The notes below the pieces were generated by a model. The model made no database searches. It saw only the letters and a program-made list of their open reading frames with translations, and was not told where the DNA came from. Position numbers and translations under genes: made by a program. A stretch of DNA of 64,000 nucleotides. It comes from Entomortierella parvispora E1425 (Eukaryota; Fungi; Mortierellomycota). The first letter of the stretch is position 1. Each line of letters begins with the position of its first letter. Positions 25,860 to 37,100 of this stretch are shown here, piece after piece. Where the stretch lies: the NCBI GenBank assembly GCA_020891255.1, contig BQFW01000008.1, positions 2,790,001 through 2,854,000 on the forward strand, given 5' to 3'.

Positions 25860-26487
25860 TGAGGGATGAGACAAGACCAGGGCGCTTTCTAGCTTGATCG
25901 TGGCAATAAAAGCAGTGCTCGTCCTCTCTTTGAATTTCCCTTCTAAGAACACATATCCTCCACTAAATCTTTGGCCATCTGGCATGAAGATACGCGTTCG
26001 TGCGTGCAGCGCAAGCAGTTCGGAGTTTGATACACTTTTCAGTTCAGATTCAGTTTATATCACCAAGGTGGTCGGAAAAAGAGTGCGAGATGCATGGAGT
26101 AATATGTCAAACTAGTCCAAGGGAGCAAACGAAAACACGTCCATGCTTGGGAGACCAGGCCGGTAGGGAAGATTGAGTCACCTTGCCCTCGGAGGAAGGG
26201 CCTCGTCCGTCAACCCCATCTGTACCACCAGGATCGCCCTGAGCAAACATCCAAGCCAGCGGGAAAGAAAAAAAGAGCAAGGATGAGGGTTGTTAGCATC
26301 TTTGTCTTTTTTTCTCACTCTTTCTTTCAATCTTCCCTTCTTTTATACCCTTTCTTTCGCTGTTTTCCACTTTTCTGGATCAACCCTCGCTCCCATTGCC
26401 TACAGATCAGAGTCATTTGTAAAAGTCCTCCTACACATGTCTTCATTGACCTCTTCGTCCTAACAACGTCAGAACGTAAATAGAACC

Positions 26488-26970
26488 ATGCCGCCTTGGT
26501 GCAAACGAACCCTGTCTGCCGAGGACGCCCTCGGCCGTGCAAGCGCTCATCTCGAACATTCCCGCAACACAAAGGACAAAGGACGGGCCATGAAGTTCTC
26601 TGCGATGAGGCAGAAGAGGCGTTGGAGGGAATTGATATCTCAAAGAGCATCATGAATCAGGACCAGGACCAGATCGCAGCTGCTTATCACGAGAATGGCC
26701 GCCTGCTTGAGAAGTTGGGATTTAACGGTGAAGCCCAGCTCAGCTACAACAAAGCCAACGGACTGAGGTACGAATGCTACCGTAAGCAGTCGTTGACATA
26801 TTTGATCGGGTAGTAGGAGACTTGCTTCCGCTAACTTTTTTTTCTCTACTCTCTTGGGCCCTGGTAGGAAGATTACAGATCAGAGCGCCCCAGATCTGTC
26901 GTTGAGTGTTGACAAGGCCCAAACCCCAGCAATAGACACTTCGGTCATATCCTCCTGAACCTTTCCTGTG
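26488..26970 (+). pseudogene. 5' remnant of an NLR paralog (exon 1 and start of exon 2)
   Basis: 'MPPWCKRTLSAEDALGRASAHLEHSR...AAYHENGRLLEKLGFNGEAQLSYNKANGL' parallels exon 1 of 34181-39920 with the same phase-2 donor (AG|GTACG at 26767). A 2-nt TC insertion near 26598 shifts the frame. Confidence 0.8.
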
Positions 26971-27847
26971 ATCTGAACCACAGCCCACGGCAATGAATCT
27001 GTCACTTCAGTCATCTTTACAAAGGATTGTCCACCGCGAGTATTCCAGCTCATTTCGAGGACCAGATGAGCGATCTCGACTTGTTATTGCAATGAGCACT
27101 TTCATGCTCACGGGCAGTAATCGTATTTCTCTGTTTTACTCTTGCATTCAGATAAGAAAGAACAATCGGATTCTTAAACATCCTTCCTATGGCCCATGAC
27201 GATTGCTGGCCGTCTCCTTCCCCTTCTTCTCCTCTGGTGACTATTAAAAATATCATCGGGGAAGCCTCCCGGATGTGCAATTGATTCGAAAACACAAAAA
27301 ATGAAAAAAAAAAAAAAAAAAAAAAAAAAAGACCATCACCAACATCCTGGCCACGCGCAACTCATGGAACCAACAAAGAGGTGGATCTTCAATTGGTGAC
27401 CGTGTGGACACATGAGATAGCTGCACTACTTGATCGCAGCACGTCAAAAGAACACGTGGCTTGGACCTTTTCTGCAGCACGTGGCACAAGAGTCCAGAAA
27501 AAGGAAATCTCGATGTTGAATCAATTGCTGTTTGTTGGCAGCTTTATGATGTTCTTGGCTGTATCGTCGTATAACTGTGGGTATCGTTATATTCTCGCGA
27601 TGGAAACCTTGGTTATTGAAACAAATCCTTAGGTCACGGTGGAGGGGAGCTATGAACAAAGGATTTCGTCGTGGGAGGTTGCTGACTAGCCGCCTTGAAA
27701 AGATGCAAAACGGAAAAATCAGTGAACTCGACACAACGAAGGAGACATCGCGACCTGTATTCATTACAAAAAAACAAACAAAAATGAGCGGAAACCTACA
27801 GTCCACAGCGTGATTCGGCCAATAGACAGTCCCGATAGTGCCCCAAC

Positions 27848-30150
27848 CTATTTGCTGATGTAGGAACATTGAGATTCAAAAGGAGAGGCAGAGAGGAAGA
27901 AGGTCACCATGTTAGCTACAATCTCGCAGTTGCCATGTTTTCGTCCTCATGAACAATATATTTGTTTGCCTTACGAGCTGAAAGAGAAGAACGGAAGCAC
28001 CAGGGAGAAATACAGGTGGCCATGTTAGTTACAATCTTGCAATTGTCATGCTTTCGTCGTTATGAGCAATTAGAAGGCTGGACGTGGACGTACTCGCTGA
28101 TTAAGAAGGACAGAAACATCAGGGAGGAATACAGGTGGCCATGTTAGTTACAATCTTGCAATTGCCATGCCATCGTCCTCACGAACAATAGGTAGATTCG
28201 CCTTACGATCTGAAAGAGAAGAACAGAAACACAAGGGAGGAATACAGGTAGCCATGTTAGTTTCAGTCTCGCAACTGTCGTGTTTTCGTCCTCCCGAACA
28301 ATAGATTTGTTTGCCTTACGGGCTGAAAGAGAAGAACAGAAGCACCAGGGAGGAATACAGGTGGCCATGTTAGTTACAATCTTGCAATTGTCATGCTTTC
28401 GTCGTTATGAGCAATTAGAAGGCTGGACGTGGACGTACCCGCTGATTAAGAAGGACAGAGACATCAGGGAGAAATACAGGTGGCCATGTTAGTTACAATC
28501 TTGCAATTGCCATGCCATCGTCCTCACGAACAATAGGTAGATTCGCCTTACGATCTGAAAGAGAAGAACAGAAACACAAGGGAGGAATACAGGTAGCCAT
28601 GTTAGTTTCAGTCTCGCAACTGTCATGTTTTCGTCCTCCCGAACAATAGATTTGTTTGCCTTACGGGCTGATTGAGCAGAACAGAAACGCCAGGGAGGAA
28701 TACAGGTGGCCATGTTAGTTACAATCTTGCAATTGTCATGCTTTCGTCGTTATGAGCAATTAGAAGGCTGGACGTGGACGTACCCGCTGATTAAGAAGGA
28801 CAGAGACATCAGGGAGAAATACAGGTGGCCATGTTAGTTACAATCTTGCAATTGCCATGCCATCGTCCTCACGAACAATAGGTAGATTCGCCTTACGATC
28901 TGAAAGAGAAGAACAGAAACACAAGGGAGGAATACAGGTGGCTATGTTAGTTTCAGTCTCGCAATTGTCATGTTTTCGCCCTCTCGCGAACAATAGATTT
29001 GTTTGCCTTACGGGCTGATTGAGCAGAACAGCAACACCAGGGAGTAAAGGTGGCGATGTTAGTTATAATCTTTGCGACAGTCATGTCTCCGTCCTCGCGA
29101 ACAATAGATTTGTTTGCCTTACAGGCTGATTGAGCAGAACAGAAACGCCAGGGAGGAATTCAGGTGGCCATGTTAGTTTCAATCTCGCAATTGTCATGTC
29201 TTCGTCGTCATGAGCAATTAGAAGGCTGGACGTACCCGCTGATTAAGAAGGACAGAGACATCAGGGAGAAATACAGGTGGCGATGTTAGTTACCATCTTG
29301 CAATTGTCATGTCTTCGTCCTCACGAACAATAGATTTGTTTGCCATACAGGCTGATTGAGTAGAAGCACCAGGGAGGAATACAGGTGGCCATGTTAGTTA
29401 TAATCTCGCAATTGTCATGTCTTCGTCGTCATGAGCAATTAGAAGGCTGGACGTACTCGCTGATTAAGAAGGACAGAGACATCAGGGAGGAATACAGGTG
29501 GCGATGTTAGTTACAATCTTGCAATTGTCATGTCTTCGTCGTCATGAGCAATTAGAAGGCTCGACGTACCCGGCGCTGATTAAGAAGGACAGAGACATCA
29601 GGGAGAAATACAGGTGGCCTCGTTAGTTTCAGTCTCGCAATTGTCATGTTTTTGCCCTCTCGCGAACAATAGATTTGTTTGCCTTACGGGCTGATTGAGC
29701 AGAACGGCAACACCAGGGAGTAAAGGTGGCGATGTTAGCTATAATCTTTGCGACAGTCATGTCTTCGTCCTCACGAACAATAGATTTGTTTGCCTTACGG
29801 GCTGATTGAGCAGAACAGAAACGCCAGGGAGGAATTCAGGTGGCCATGTTAGTTTCAATCTCGCAATTGTCATGCCATCGTCGTCATGAGCAATTAGAAG
29901 GCTGGACGTACTCGCTGATTAAGAAGGACAGAGACATCAGGGAGAAATACAGGTGGCGATGTTAGTTACCATCTTGCAATTGTCATGTTTTCTTCGGTTC
30001 TAGCGATAGGAGGGGCTGTCTTGAGCGACCGCCGGTGTTCATGAAGAGGTGCCTGTGGTCTTGTGCTCTGTCGTTATATTCGACTTACGCTGGGGCAGCA
30101 ATGGTGAGACCTAGAAAGGCAACAAGGACAAGTAGGAATTGGATCTTCAT
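27848..30150 (-). CDS. Micro-exon gene: 20 exons / 19 introns encoding a predicted 41-aa secreted peptide MKIQFLLVLVAFLGLTIAAPADPPAGDLGLPSGPSGPSDSK
   Basis: Exon 1 is 30150-30089 (signal peptide, donor GTAAGT). Micro-exons: 29914-29912 CGA, 29801-29799 CCC, 29690-29688 CCC, 29575-29570 CGCCGG, 29459-29457 CGA, 29351-29349 CCT, 29238-29236 CGG, 29125-29123 CCT, 29014-29012 CCC, 28899-28897 ATC, 28786-28784 CGG, 28667-28665 CCC, 28554-28552 ATC, 28441-28439 CGG, 28322-28320 CCC, 28209-28207 ATC, 28096-28094 CGA, 27977-27975 CTC. Last exon 27854-27848 (C AAA TAG). Each micro-exon is flanked by CAG and GTACGT/GTAAGG/GTATGG, and every intron has (A/G)CTAAC then an AG-free pyrimidine tract. Confidence 0.8.
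27901..29990. repeat. Tandem array of about 19 monomers (108-119 bp) with a 345-bp three-monomer higher-order repeat; equals the intron + micro-exon units of the gene above
   Basis: Core 'aggtggccatgttagttacaatcttgcaattgtcatg' recurs at 27901, 28014, 28133, 28246, 28359, 28478, 28591, 28704, 28823, 28936, 29048, 29162, 29275, 29383, 29496, 29612, 29724, 29838 and 29951. Confidence 0.97.
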
Positions 30151-30275
30151 TGTAAGGCGGTTGGGACTGGAAGTTGTGTGGAGTAGGCTGAACAAGGTCA
30201 AGATGGAGGGAAAGGTGTGGATCAAGCGATGGTCGTTGCTCAAAGTAAAGGGTGGTACTTAAGAAGACAGATGAG

Positions 30276-30283
30276 TATTAATA
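30276..30283 (-). promoter_or_regulatory. TATA-like element upstream of the micro-exon gene
   Basis: TATTAATA about 130 bp upstream of ATG 30150, followed by a pyrimidine-rich leader and a favourable ACA-ATG context. Confidence 0.4.
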
Positions 30284-30949
30284 AGGTCAAATTCATGTTA
30301 TTCTCGTCCCTTCGATTCGTTGAGGAGATAGAACAAAGAAAATATCTAGGAGCAACGTCCAAGGCATTGTTTTGCAGGGGGCGCCCCTTGCCCTTTCGAT
30401 TTCTTTCTTTTTGGATAGAGGGGACGTCAAGAGGCGTCTGCTACGGGACTCATTCCGACCAAGAAAGAGAGGAGAGAGAGAGAGAGAAAAGTCAGTATGC
30501 ATGAGGCAGGGAACCTTTTGTTTTATTTCGTATTCCTCATCACCATCAGAACAAGACGAACCCGCTGGTAAATTGTAAATGGTGAAGACAAAAAAGAGGC
30601 GGTTTGGTTGGGAATCCAATCCTGCACCGAAGGGAAATGTTTTCAGGTGAAGGTACAAAGATGGCAGACAAGATGGTGTCACTAAAAACTAGTCGTCGAT
30701 GATATGAGGATCCTCCACCTCAACTTCCCGTCTCTGCTCCCGCCTCACCTCATGCTCCGCTGAAATGATTGTCGTCGCTGATTCGGGCCTGTCCAGAGAT
30801 GCCATGAGCCCCGTGGAAGAAGCTAAAGCCGACAACAGCTCGCCTGAGCCTTCTTCTCTCTCGTCCCCATCCGACTCCTCTTGCTCGATTGCTTGGCCCG
30901 AATCCCTGTATTCGATTGTTGCTCACGCACCTGTTCTACAATATGTAGG

Positions 30950-32761
30950 GTCGATCCACACTGCCGCCGAGAAACTTTTAGAGGACTTGGCAACGGGTGG
31001 CGAGAGGAACAAGCAGGGTCTGTATATCGCATGCACTCAATCAGGACCAAGCCAAGGCTCTTGGAAGTCACCACGCCTCCATCCCACGCCTCCATCCCAT
31101 ACATCCATCTTGGTTGGCCAGATTCAAAGCTAACCCTCGGTTGAACCGGCTCTGCGAAAGTATCAGCGTCCTCGAACTCAGGAGCAGGAACAACGTCATG
31201 CCATCTACATCCCACCTGAAGCCAAGGCAACTCGCGAGTCGTTTGATGAAGATCTCTTTGATGAAGACCTCTTTGATCCGACAGCCAAGGTCAATTAGTT
31301 TATTACTAAAGATGGAGAAGGGAAAGTGCTCCTCCTTCTAGACTATTCTGGAGCTGGAAAGTCGACATTCAACCTGGAGCTCGAGAAGAGCCTGTGGAGG
31401 ACCTACAACACTGACAAGAAACGGATCCCTGTCTTTGTGACCTTACCCACCATTGACAAACCAGAGGAGTATTTCATTGTCAAGCGACTACGCAACTATG
31501 ACTTTACACAAGATCAGATCCGTGAACTCAAGTCATATGGTCAATTCGACTTGATCTGCCTTGGAACCAGCTTCGATCGTACACTGATCTGCGCTGGGGT
31601 ATGGACTTGTACGAGCTGTGTTCGAGCCAAACAGTTCAGAAGTGGATTCTGATGCTTCTGTGTAGCATCTGAATGTACTTGAGGCCAACAATCAAGACGA
31701 GCCTTTCGTGGAAACACCGCTATTTCGAAAGAGCTTCATACACGAGTCCCCCGGCCATCAATTTCCTTTCCGAACGCGCTCAACAGAGTATCCGATTCAA
31801 GAATCAGCTCTTTAGGTTTATTTAAAATGTCGAAATCCGACGATCGATTCAGTTTAGCTGCCGCCAACGCCATCATCATTTTGGTCTGAGCCGGTGTAAA
31901 TTTCATTAGCGCGGACCTCAAGGGTATTCGAATCCCTGGTGCCGATTTTAGCCTTGGACAATTCGATCACGCCAAACTACAAGGGGCCGATCTTTGGAGT
32001 ACCAAAGTTCGGAGTGCGTGGCTTCATCGCGCTGACCTGGGCTACTATAGAATGGATGGAGCGGATTTTGGTGAATGACTATTCCTGTATGCAGAAAGTG
32101 AGTGAATTCCTGTGCTTTTTCGCCAGACGGAAAACTCTTTGCCATGCCTGCAACGGTGGCTATATCACTGTGTTTGAATCGGAATAGTGGAAAGTCACTT
32201 ATAAACTAGAGGGACACTCGGGCATGGAGTGTGGCATTCTCACCGAATGGACAGTAGGACTGCCTCCGGAGGCGAAGACGGGACTGTTCGACTATGGGAT
32301 ACACGACCAAGCGCAACTTTTTTTGGTCTTGGGGATCCACAGCTTGTCTGTAAACAGCGTCGCATTCTCACCTAATGGGTTGGGCTGCAAATAGCCTCTG
32401 GCAGTGATGACAAGACGGTACGACTCTGGGACACGCAAACCAGGGTGCCTGGATTGATTTTGAGTGGACATAGCGTGCCAGTCCACAGTGTAGTATACTC
32501 GCCGAATGGACGAATGATTGCCACTGTCAGTAATGACTACACAACATTGGGATGCACACACTGGCATAGCTGGCCACATCCTCAACATTGATCGCCTGAC
32601 TCTGTCTGACTGTGGCAACTGATCGAGGACAATGGCGACTATCGTGAACAACTGTGCTGGAGAACAGGACGCGACACGCTTGTAGTCGCGAATGCGTCCA
32701 TTCAGGACGTTCAGGGTCTAAGCGATACAAACTTGCGGTTACTGAAGCAGCGCGGAGCTTA
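30950..32761 (+). pseudogene. Degenerate NACHT-pentapeptide-WD40 NLR (3' remnant), with stops, frameshifts and large internal deletions
   Basis: 'PSVEPALRKYQ..QEQRHAIYIPPEAKATRE', 'SGAGKSTFNLELEKSLWRTYNTDKKRIPVFVTLPTIDKPE', 'ADLKGIRIPGADFS', WD40 scraps, and ending 'RLVVANASIQDVQGLSDTNLRLLKQRGA*', all collinear with 36061-39920. Confidence 0.9.
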
Positions 32762-34072
32762 GAGACTTCAGACTCCTTTTCAGCCTGTCCAAGCTAGACA
32801 TTGTGCATCTTTTTTGATACTTGTTCAAATGTAAACGTTTATTCTGCCTTTTTTTTTTTTTCTTTTCTTGGAGTCCATGTTTCTGTTTACAAAATAATGG
32901 CCGAGGGCTACAAAGCAGGAGTTTGGCACAACCTCCTCCACGTTGTTGTCCCAAGTATTTTCTAGTGCAACGGTTCAACTTGATGTGGTGATGTAGTGGA
33001 ACGTGCGTGAGGTCATTGTTTTTCTTGTTTGGAGACGAAAAGTCAGAAGGTGAGTGGGTGGTGCATGGTGCCTTGTGCTCTTGTCATGAGCTTTTGACAT
33101 TTGCACCGTCTCATTCATTCATTTAGAAGTTTATGTTGAGACTCAGTTTGAATGAGCCACGGTCATGGAGACAGACGAGGCGATGATGAACCACAGTCTC
33201 CAGATTGTCCGTGCCACTCCAAACGGACACGGGAGAAGACCTTGCGCTGAAGCAAAGTCATTTTTGACTCTTCTTTTGTTCTCCAAGCATCGGATGCCAG
33301 TCATGTCTAGAGAATGCACAAAGTAGATTGGGTGTCAAAGAAAAGGATGAATCATGGCCGAGTGATTGTCTGGATGGAGAAGAGATGGGAATCAAGAAGG
33401 TTGAGAGGGAGAGGGAAGATAGAGAAGAGAGGAGAGGATCCACAATCTACGAAATGAGTGGATCGCGTGAGGTATCTCGCGTCCTCCTCGAGGCAGTCAA
33501 GGGGGGTTTTTTCTGGCGACGACGGTGCGCCCACTTGCTTGACGCCTTGACCGGGTTGAGTGGTCAAAGACAAAACACAGCTGAGAGCCCCACTGGGAGG
33601 GATGGACGGCCTTGGATCGCCTTCCTCGGAGGGAGGGGGATGCGGCTAAACAGGCGGGTTCTCTCTGTTCTGACTGACGAGAGAGAGGGCAAAAGCAAAA
33701 GGAAAAGGAAAGGAAAAAGGTGAGAGCAAGCACGCACAGAAGACAGAAGAGAGGGAAAGAGCAAAGAGGAAGAGAGCGAAAAGCGAACTAGCGGGCTAAA
33801 AAAGAAAAGAATCATCAGCCCACCGGCTTTGCCCACCGCTTCATTTCTCGCTCTTCTCTTTCTTCTTTCTCTCTTCTCTCTCCTCTCTTCTCTCTTCTCT
33901 CTTCTCTATCCCCCTCTTTGTCCCACCGACTCGTTCTCTTTTCTCTGGAGTGAGATCTGCAATTCATACGGCAAGGTACATGCATATACATGCAAGGGGT
34001 GCTCGTCTCTCTGGATGCGTCGTTGCCAGCCGACCCGTTCGTTTTCTTTGATTTCTTTTTTTTTTAATTTTA

Positions 34073-34073
34073 T

Positions 34074-34148
<75 letters not shown>

Positions 34149-34160
34149 TTTTTTTTTTTC
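34073..34160. repeat. (TC)n microsatellite plus poly-T directly upstream of the NLR start
   Basis: Directly visible. Confidence 0.9.
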
Positions 34161-34180
34161 AGAGCACACACTCAAGCATC

Positions 34181-37100
34181 ATGCCTCCATGGTATAAACG
34201 AACATTGCCGTCACACGAAGCCATCGAGCGCGCAACAGCCCAGCTGGAAAAGGCTCGCCACACCCAGGACCGGCGACGAGCGCAGAAATACTGTGACGAT
34301 GCCAAGGAGGCTCTTGGGCGACTGAACTTTTCAAAAATCACCACAGACCGTGACCACATCATTGCCATCTACCGCGAGCATGCCAGGATACTCGAGAAGG
34401 TCGGACTCCCCAACGAAGCCAAGCTCAGCTACAGCAAGGCAGAGGAACTCGGGTAGGAACTGAAGACGTTTTTGGCCGTCCTATCCGAACAGGCTGTTGA
34501 TGAAGAGCATGGGCTGCATCTCCGACCATACGTTAGTTATACTTACCTGGTTCTGTCTTTTGTTCCATTCTAGCCGGATGGGTGGTCAAGCTGGTCATAC
34601 GGACGCAGTCTCCCCTGTGACGCCTCCACTGACACCGCCTACTGCTACTCTCACTCACCAACCCGCTGACGCTGTCGACAACATCGCTTCGCCAAAGAAA
34701 GACGTCATGATAACGCTATTCACCAAAGACTACCCTCCGCCCATCGTCCCATGCGATCTACCGCAAGTAGACGATCGCTTGGTCAGCACTCACCAGCTAG
34801 CATACTGTCTTGCGCTTCTGCAGGCGTCACCCTCGACAATCGACGAACTGGACCCCCAGTCACGCAGTTGGCTCACAGCGACAGAACATAATCAGGTTGA
34901 AAAGGATCGACTCCAGACGCTCTCCGCAGACTTGATCCGAGCCCTTGTGCGGGATGAACTCAAGGACATGGCCGCCATTACTGAAATCATGTGTCTCGCC
35001 TCGGTGCTCTCGGAATCCGATTTCCGGATTTTGCTCAACCAGTTTGTCAGTAGTATCAACGACGCGGTACTCATGGACATACATGCTATGCAAGGATTGA
35101 CGCAGTTGATCCAGGGTGCCCCTCCTGGATACATGGACGCGGACGACATGGTCAAGATATTGAGCCTGCTTAGCACCCGACTTCAGGAAACTTTTCAGCA
35201 GTCGCCTGATCGGATTTATCAGCTGACTCTGACAGTATCGCCCGTCCTGGATGCAATGGCAGACTACAACATCCTGGGTCTGAATCGTGTGAAGCCACAT
35301 GGGCCGCTGCTATCCTATTTGGAGCGCCTCAAATCCGACAAGGATCCGTATATAGTGTTCCAGGCCGCATGTGCTTACCAGGCACTGCAGTGTGTCCCTG
35401 ATGACGAGGAACCTTGGCAAGCAGTGTTGCGGCGCTCAGGATCCGTCATCAAGGGGATTGGTGGACTGGCGGGAGCCATCAAGAGTTTGGACATTGCCGA
35501 GTTTATCGAGAGTCTTAACACTATTCAGGACGGTCTCGAAGGCGCAAATCAGATTTTTGGGTTGGAGGTCGAGGCTTACAATGGCGTCTCGGAACTGAAA
35601 GAGAGCGGTCAGAGCTTCTTGGGATTTCTCAAGGAAGGATTCAGTTTTAGTCGCAAACGCCAGTGGTATGCGGCCTTGCGCGGTATCGACGCTTTGCTCC
35701 TGACTGGCGAGTTCACCAAACTGAAAATTTTGATCTGCAGTGCACCTTGTCGTCGGGAGCTGGCCTTCCAATGGGGTGTCTGCCAACGGCTGGGCAATCT
35801 TGCAGTAAACACAGTTTGGGATGAGGACACTCGGAAAGATGCCGTGGCTTTTCTGGGCGAGATCTACAGGAACGATGTGGAGTGGGGTCAAATCCCACCA
35901 ATCAAGCAATATATCGTCGATATACTGATACAACTGGCATACTCAGAGACCATCCATGACTCCCCAGGTACGTATGATAGGAATGAAACGAATGGTTACC
36001 CATTGACGCACCGTAGTATCTTGTAACTCACTGCAATTTGTAATTCCTTGATTTTTTCAGGCTCGGTGCAGCTCGTCGCCGGAGTACTTTTAAAAGAGCT
36101 GGGTATGGATGGCGATGTGAGCAAGCGAGCTCTCTTCCAAGCATGTAGGCAGGCGGGATCGAGTACGCACCCCTGGAAGACTGCTCCACCAATGAACGAC
36201 TCTTCAGTCTTGCTCGACCAAGTTCAAAACAAGCCCTACGTTGAGACTGCTCTTCGAATGTTCCAACGCCGACGACTCCAGATCCAGGAGCAAAGGCACG
36301 CAGTTTACATTCCACCTCAAGCCAAAGCAACCCGGGAAGCTCCTGACGACAATCTCTTTGATATGACAGCTAAAGTCAAGGGATTTTTGGCTAGTGGCCA
36401 AAAAGTGTTTTTGATCATGGGAGATTCAGGATCTGGAAAATCGACCTTCAACATGGAACTGGAACTGGACTTGTGGAAGGCGTACGACACGACCAAAAAA
36501 AGGATCCCTATTTTTGTGACCCTGCCCGCCATCGACAAGCCAGAAAAGGATGTCATTGGAAAACAGTTGCAGCAATACGATTTTACAGCTGCAGAGATCC
36601 AGGAAATCAAGGCTCACCACGAGGTCATTCTGATTTGCGATGGGTACGATGAATGTCAAAAGCTTTTCAACTTGTATAATGACAACCGGTTGAATCAACC
36701 AGGCGAATGGAAAGCAAAGATGATCATCAGCTGTAGGAGTGAATACCTTGGATCCAACTATCGACTCTTTTTCCAACCAGGAACTCACAATCACAACCGA
36801 ACAGGAGCTGGACTCCAGGTGGCTGTGATTGCACCATTCTCGCTATCCAAGATCAGGGATTATGTCCGAGTTTATGTTGAAAAGCACAGGCAGACAAAGG
36901 GGTCGACTTGGAGAGTGGAGGACTACATGGAGGCAATCGACAAAATTACGAACCTCCGAGAGCTTGCAAGGAATCCCTTCCTGCTCTCTCTAGCCCTGGA
37001 AGTGCTTCCTCGACTTGCAGGTCAGAGCAAAAAAATCTCGTCCCGAAAAATCGCCAGAGTGACCTTGTACGACGAATTTGTGGAGCAATGGGTGGAGCGT

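Noticed and set aside
27795-27847. Alternative last acceptor (AATAG|G) giving the C-terminus SLGHYRDCLLAESRCGL
   Set aside because: CAG at 27857-27855 is the first AG after the branch point and matches all other acceptors; the alternative is kept only as a possible minor isoform.
27962-28713. ORF-track peptides in the array (e.g. MATCIPPW.., MFALRAER..) as a repeat protein
   Set aside because: Monomer lengths are mostly not multiples of 3 and stops occur in every frame; the unspliced array is not coding.
27901-29990. CRISPR-like array (conserved about 38-bp core with variable intervening sequence)
   Set aside because: The intervening sequences are themselves repeated in two subfamilies, no cas genes are present, the context is eukaryotic, and splice signals explain the conservation.
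27901-29990. Array as host for intronic box C/D snoRNAs
   Set aside because: ATGACGA and CTGA-like words occur in only some units and not in a consistent C...D arrangement. A non-coding role for the excised introns cannot be excluded.
30035-30262. Plus-strand 75-aa ORF MFMKRCLW..
   Set aside because: It is the antisense shadow of the signal-peptide exon and leader of the micro-exon gene.
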